Positions 8,542 to 10,690 of a stretch of 10,690 bases of DNA are shown one piece after another (position 1 is the first letter of the stretch; every line of letters starts with the position of its first letter). This stretch comes from Candidatus Cloacimonadota bacterium. Its GTDB lineage: Bacteria > Cloacimonadota > Cloacimonadia > Cloacimonadales > WRIO01. Under the pieces are notes generated by a model that was given only the letters and a program-made list of their open reading frames with translations, was not told where the DNA came from and did not search any database. The stretch is from NCBI GenBank assembly GCA_029564175.1, contig JAKQQL010000182.1:1-10690 (forward strand), in the 5' to 3' direction. A program made the translations under genes and the position numbers.

Positions 8542-9144
8542 CTATGTAAAAGCTGTCAGCAGAGTAAAGAATATAGTAGATTTTATAACTGATGGATAAT
8601 CTTCATCGAATGAGAGTCCACAATGTGCTGACTTTAAATCTGTTTTTTGAAAATATAGGCTGATTTGAGAATTTTTCTTTTCATCATTTAAAAAGTTGTA
8701 ATGATTTAAACGATATGCAAATCTCATTGACTTTAAAATTTTCAACTGTACCAGCTTATAAACACTGACCTGATTAAGTATCCTCTTAAAAATGGCAATG
8801 GCATTCTCCTGATAACTGGTATCAATTCCAAAGCGTTTGATTAGTGAATGAACCACTATCAAAAAAACACTGTAAGCCGATATCCCCCGCTTTCTAAGTC
8901 CAGGATAAGTCTTTTTGTACTGTACAGCATATTGAGCAAGGTCTTTTCTAAATGAGATATTCAGAGTATCCCAGACTGCCTTTGTTATCTGATTCACCTG
9001 AACGATATTAAAGTTCTGAACCTGCATTTGGTGACTCTTCAGATTTCTGCTAATACAAATCTTGCCATTTTGATACCAGGCAAGGTGCAAATCACCTGCT
9101 TTCTTTGGAAAATCTGTTACTTTTTCTGAAAAATAGATCCTCAT
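8542..9144 (-). CDS. Hypothetical basic protein (~200 aa)
   Basis: Long open frame. ATG at 9144 (MRIYFSEK...) is preceded by AGGAGAG. An alternative TTG start at 9168 has AAGGAG at short spacing. Lys/Arg-rich with no recognised catalytic motif. Confidence 0.7.
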   Translation of the reverse strand: MRIYFSEKVTDFPKKAGDLHLAWYQNGKICISRNLKSHQMQVQNFNIVQVNQITKAVWDTLNISFRKDLAQYAVQYKKTYPGLRKRGISAYSVFLIVVHSLIKRFGIDTSYQENAIAIFKRILNQVSVYKLVQLKILKSMRFAYRLNHYNFLNDEKKNSQISLYFQKTDLKSAHCGLSFDEDYPSVIKSTIFFTLLTAFT

Positions 9145-9389
9145 AGCTTTCTCTCTCCTATCTGACAATATACTCCTTTTTCTATTTAATGCAAATATTT
9201 TCTCATATAATTCTCTAATCTATCCTGTAGAACATCTCTTACTCAAAGGCATAGCACTTCATCATCACACTTGACCGATCCCATAATATAAAGAGAAATG
9301 AAGTGGGTATGGAGTAGGAAAGCAGGTATAAAAAAACAGTTTAGCAGAGCAGTATATTAATTTTCCTCCTGTGGAAGGGAGGTACGTTT

Positions 9390-9422
9390 AATTGTGAATT
9401 GTGAGCTATGAATGATGAATGA
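9390..9422. repeat. Degenerate heptamer tandem repeat
   Basis: AATTGTG AATTGTG AGCTATG AATGATG AATGA, enclosed by the inverted repeat GGGAGGT (9377-9383) / ACCTCCC (9422-9428). Confidence 0.6.
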
Positions 9423-9480
9423 CCTCCCCTACTGCAAACAGGAATTGTACATCATGCGGAGAATGTATTTAATCAGATTC

Positions 9481-9559
9481 AGGGGCGTCAGCCCTGTGAT
9501 CTTCGTAGAATACAATATGGCATACCGAATTAGGGGCGTCAGCCCTGTGATCTTCGTAG
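9481..9559 (+). repeat. Perfect 28-bp direct repeat x2 (51-bp period)
   Basis: AGGGGCGTCAGCCCTGTGATCTTCGTAG at 9481-9508 and 9532-9559, separated by 23 nt. Internal AGGG/CCCT hairpin; the unit ends in GTAG. Confidence 0.9.
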
Positions 9560-9630
9560 GAATTTTCACACGGAGGATTCGGAGAATGTTTTGTAAACAA
9601 ATAAAAAAGCATCAGCCTTGTAGCCTTTTA

Positions 9631-9654
9631 TGCATGCTGGTAGCTTGCAGTACG
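9631..9654 (-). repeat. REP-like palindrome, same family as the 1088-1208 cluster
   Basis: Minus strand CGTACTGCAAGCT-ACC-AGCATGCA shares CGTACTGCAAGC exactly with 1114-1125 and AAGCTACCAGC with 1156-1166. Confidence 0.75.
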
Positions 9655-9659
9655 ATTGC

Positions 9660-9720
9660 GGATGAACGGCGCTTTTGAGATACCCAATACTGGGGTCTCA
9701 AAGCTTCGCTCATCCCTACA
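9660..9720 (-). repeat. Long imperfect hairpin preceded by GTAG (REP-like)
   Basis: Plus strand GGATGAACGGCGCTTTTGAGATACCCA-ATAC-TGGGGTCTCAAAGCTTCGCTCATCC then CTACA. Pairs include GGATGA/TCATCC, TTTGAGA/TCTCAAA and CCCA/TGGG. Confidence 0.65.
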
Positions 9721-9753
9721 AACTGTTTACACATAATCGAAAGGTATTAAACT

Positions 9754-9784
9754 GTAGGGCAATTGCAGCTTCTGTCATTCCTAC
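9754..9784. repeat. GTAGG...CCTAC bounded imperfect palindrome (REP-like)
   Basis: GTAGGGCAATTGCAGCTTCTGTCATTCCTAC has GTAGG/CCTAC ends with inner AAT/ATT and GCAG/CTGT pairing. Confidence 0.55.
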
Positions 9785-10050
9785 GGATTTTAGGTTTTTG
9801 CACAGGATATGGAGGAAAATTTTATCGTAAACCATACTATTTCCTCCGGTAAACTGAGCTGAACTAAAAACATGCGATTCAAAGCGAAATGATGATCAGC
9901 TGAGAATCTCCTATAATACCCCCTTGTATAAAGGAATCGCTATTGATATACAATATACATCCGAATAATTATAATTTGTAGATAATACCTGAGTGATAAT
10001 CAAAATAAGCACTTTTCAAAAAGTTAGCAGAAATAAATGAGAAAAATAAC

Positions 10051-10088
10051 TTGACTAAATCGCTTTATGTTTAATAATTTGTTATGCT
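10051..10088 (+). promoter_or_regulatory. Putative promoter of the R-M gene
   Basis: TTGACT at 10051-10056 with TAATTT 18 nt downstream (10075-10080). Alternatively an extended -10 TGtTATGCT at 10080-10088. SD AGGAG at 10106-10110. Confidence 0.4.
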
Positions 10089-10115
10089 AAGATAGCCTTA
10101 CATATAGGAGTAGTC

Positions 10116-10690
10116 ATGTATAATGAATATATCAGAAAAATAAGTGAGTCTTTTATTAAGGGAGATGCAAGGGAAGAAAGCTATTACCCTGCACTGTCAG
10201 AACTGTTTAAAACCTATGCAGACAATCAAAAGAGAAAAATATCGGTCACGATTTTACCCAAAAAAACTGAAGCAGGTAATCCGGATTTCAGGATTTGGGA
10301 TGGACTTTCTCATATCACCGGATATGTTGAGGCAAAAGATCCTTCTGTTTGTGATCTGACTCAGATAGAACATTCTGAGCAGTTAAAACGCTACATTTCT
10401 ACATTTCCCAATGTAATACTCACTAATTTCCATGAATTCAGACTATACAGAGAAGGTATTCTGATTAAAACAGTTAATCTGTTCCGTTCCAATACATTGC
10501 TTAATCTGAGAACTACTCCAAAGGCTGAGAATATAGAAGCAATGAATGAATTGTTGGACAAGTATTTCTCTTTTACCTTGCCAAGAATCACAAATGCAGA
10601 AGATTTAGCGAAAGAACTTGCCAAAAGAACCCGATTTCTTAAAGATGAAGTCATCTCTCTGGAATTGAAAGAAGAAACCCAGGAACAAAA
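10116..10690 (+). CDS. Fused restriction-modification enzyme (Type IIG / Type ISP-like N6-adenine methylase), N-terminal nuclease domain, 3'-truncated
   Basis: Not in the ORF track. Hand translation from ATG 10116 is open to the edge: MYNEYIRKISESFIKGDAREESYYPALSELF...PKKTEAGNPDFRIWDGLSHITGYVEAKDP...EQLKRYISTFPNVILTNFHEFRLYREG...LAKELAKRTRFLKDEV. It has a PD(56-57)...EAK(72-74) nuclease motif, QxxxY and ILTNFxEFRLY, typical of N-termini of REase-MTase fusions. The MTase motifs would lie beyond the window. Confidence 0.8.
   Translation, partial: MYNEYIRKISESFIKGDAREESYYPALSELFKTYADNQKRKISVTILPKKTEAGNPDFRIWDGLSHITGYVEAKDPSVCDLTQIEHSEQLKRYISTFPNVILTNFHEFRLYREGILIKTVNLFRSNTLLNLRTTPKAENIEAMNELLDKYFSFTLPRITNAEDLAKELAKRTRFLKDEVISLELKEETQEQ

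Noticed and set aside
9481..9559. CRISPR array call for the 28-bp repeat pair
   Set aside because: Only two repeats, a short 23-nt spacer, no cas genes in the window and no typical CRISPR repeat terminus. Kept as a repeat instead.
9412..9678. 88-aa ORF containing RGVSPVIFV twice
   Set aside because: The peptide repeat only reflects the 51-bp DNA repeat period. The ORF runs across several palindromic elements and lacks a clear SD.
9874..9940. Inverted repeat GCGATTC / GAATCGC as a possible riboswitch or ncRNA stem
   Set aside because: Only 7 bp across a 53-nt gap, with no recognisable riboswitch consensus. Compatible with chance.
10260..10266. A7 tract early in the R-M gene as a phase-variation switch
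   Set aside because: Short A-runs are common in this AT-rich sequence and the frame is intact (Lys-Lys-Thr).
10144..10654. ORFs 10144-10359 (+) and 10391-10654 (-)
   Set aside because: These are alternate-frame and antisense shadows of the R-M gene starting at 10116.

Overview
AT-rich bacterial chromosomal window. The core is a minus-strand macromolecular-synthesis operon with two extra genes: rpsU-yqeY-[intrinsic terminator]-cvpA-mutS2-dnaG-rpoD-[terminator]. Two window-truncated genes missing from the ORF track were translated by hand. At the left edge is a divergent asparagine-synthetase-like protein (minus, <2..1039) that appears to lack the catalytic motifs. At the right edge is the PD-(D/E)xK N-terminus of a fused Type IIG/ISP-like restriction-modification enzyme (plus, 10116..>10690). 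Upstream of rpsU is a basic ~200-aa hypothetical protein preceded by a long degenerate palindrome. The intergenic regions on both sides of the operon (1077-1210 and 9360-9850) are dense with small palindromic REP/REPIN-like elements of several distinct types, one of which occurs in both regions. No rRNA, tRNA, convincing CRISPR array or transposase was seen. The lineage may be Candidatus Cloacimonadota, but that is an unverified impression.
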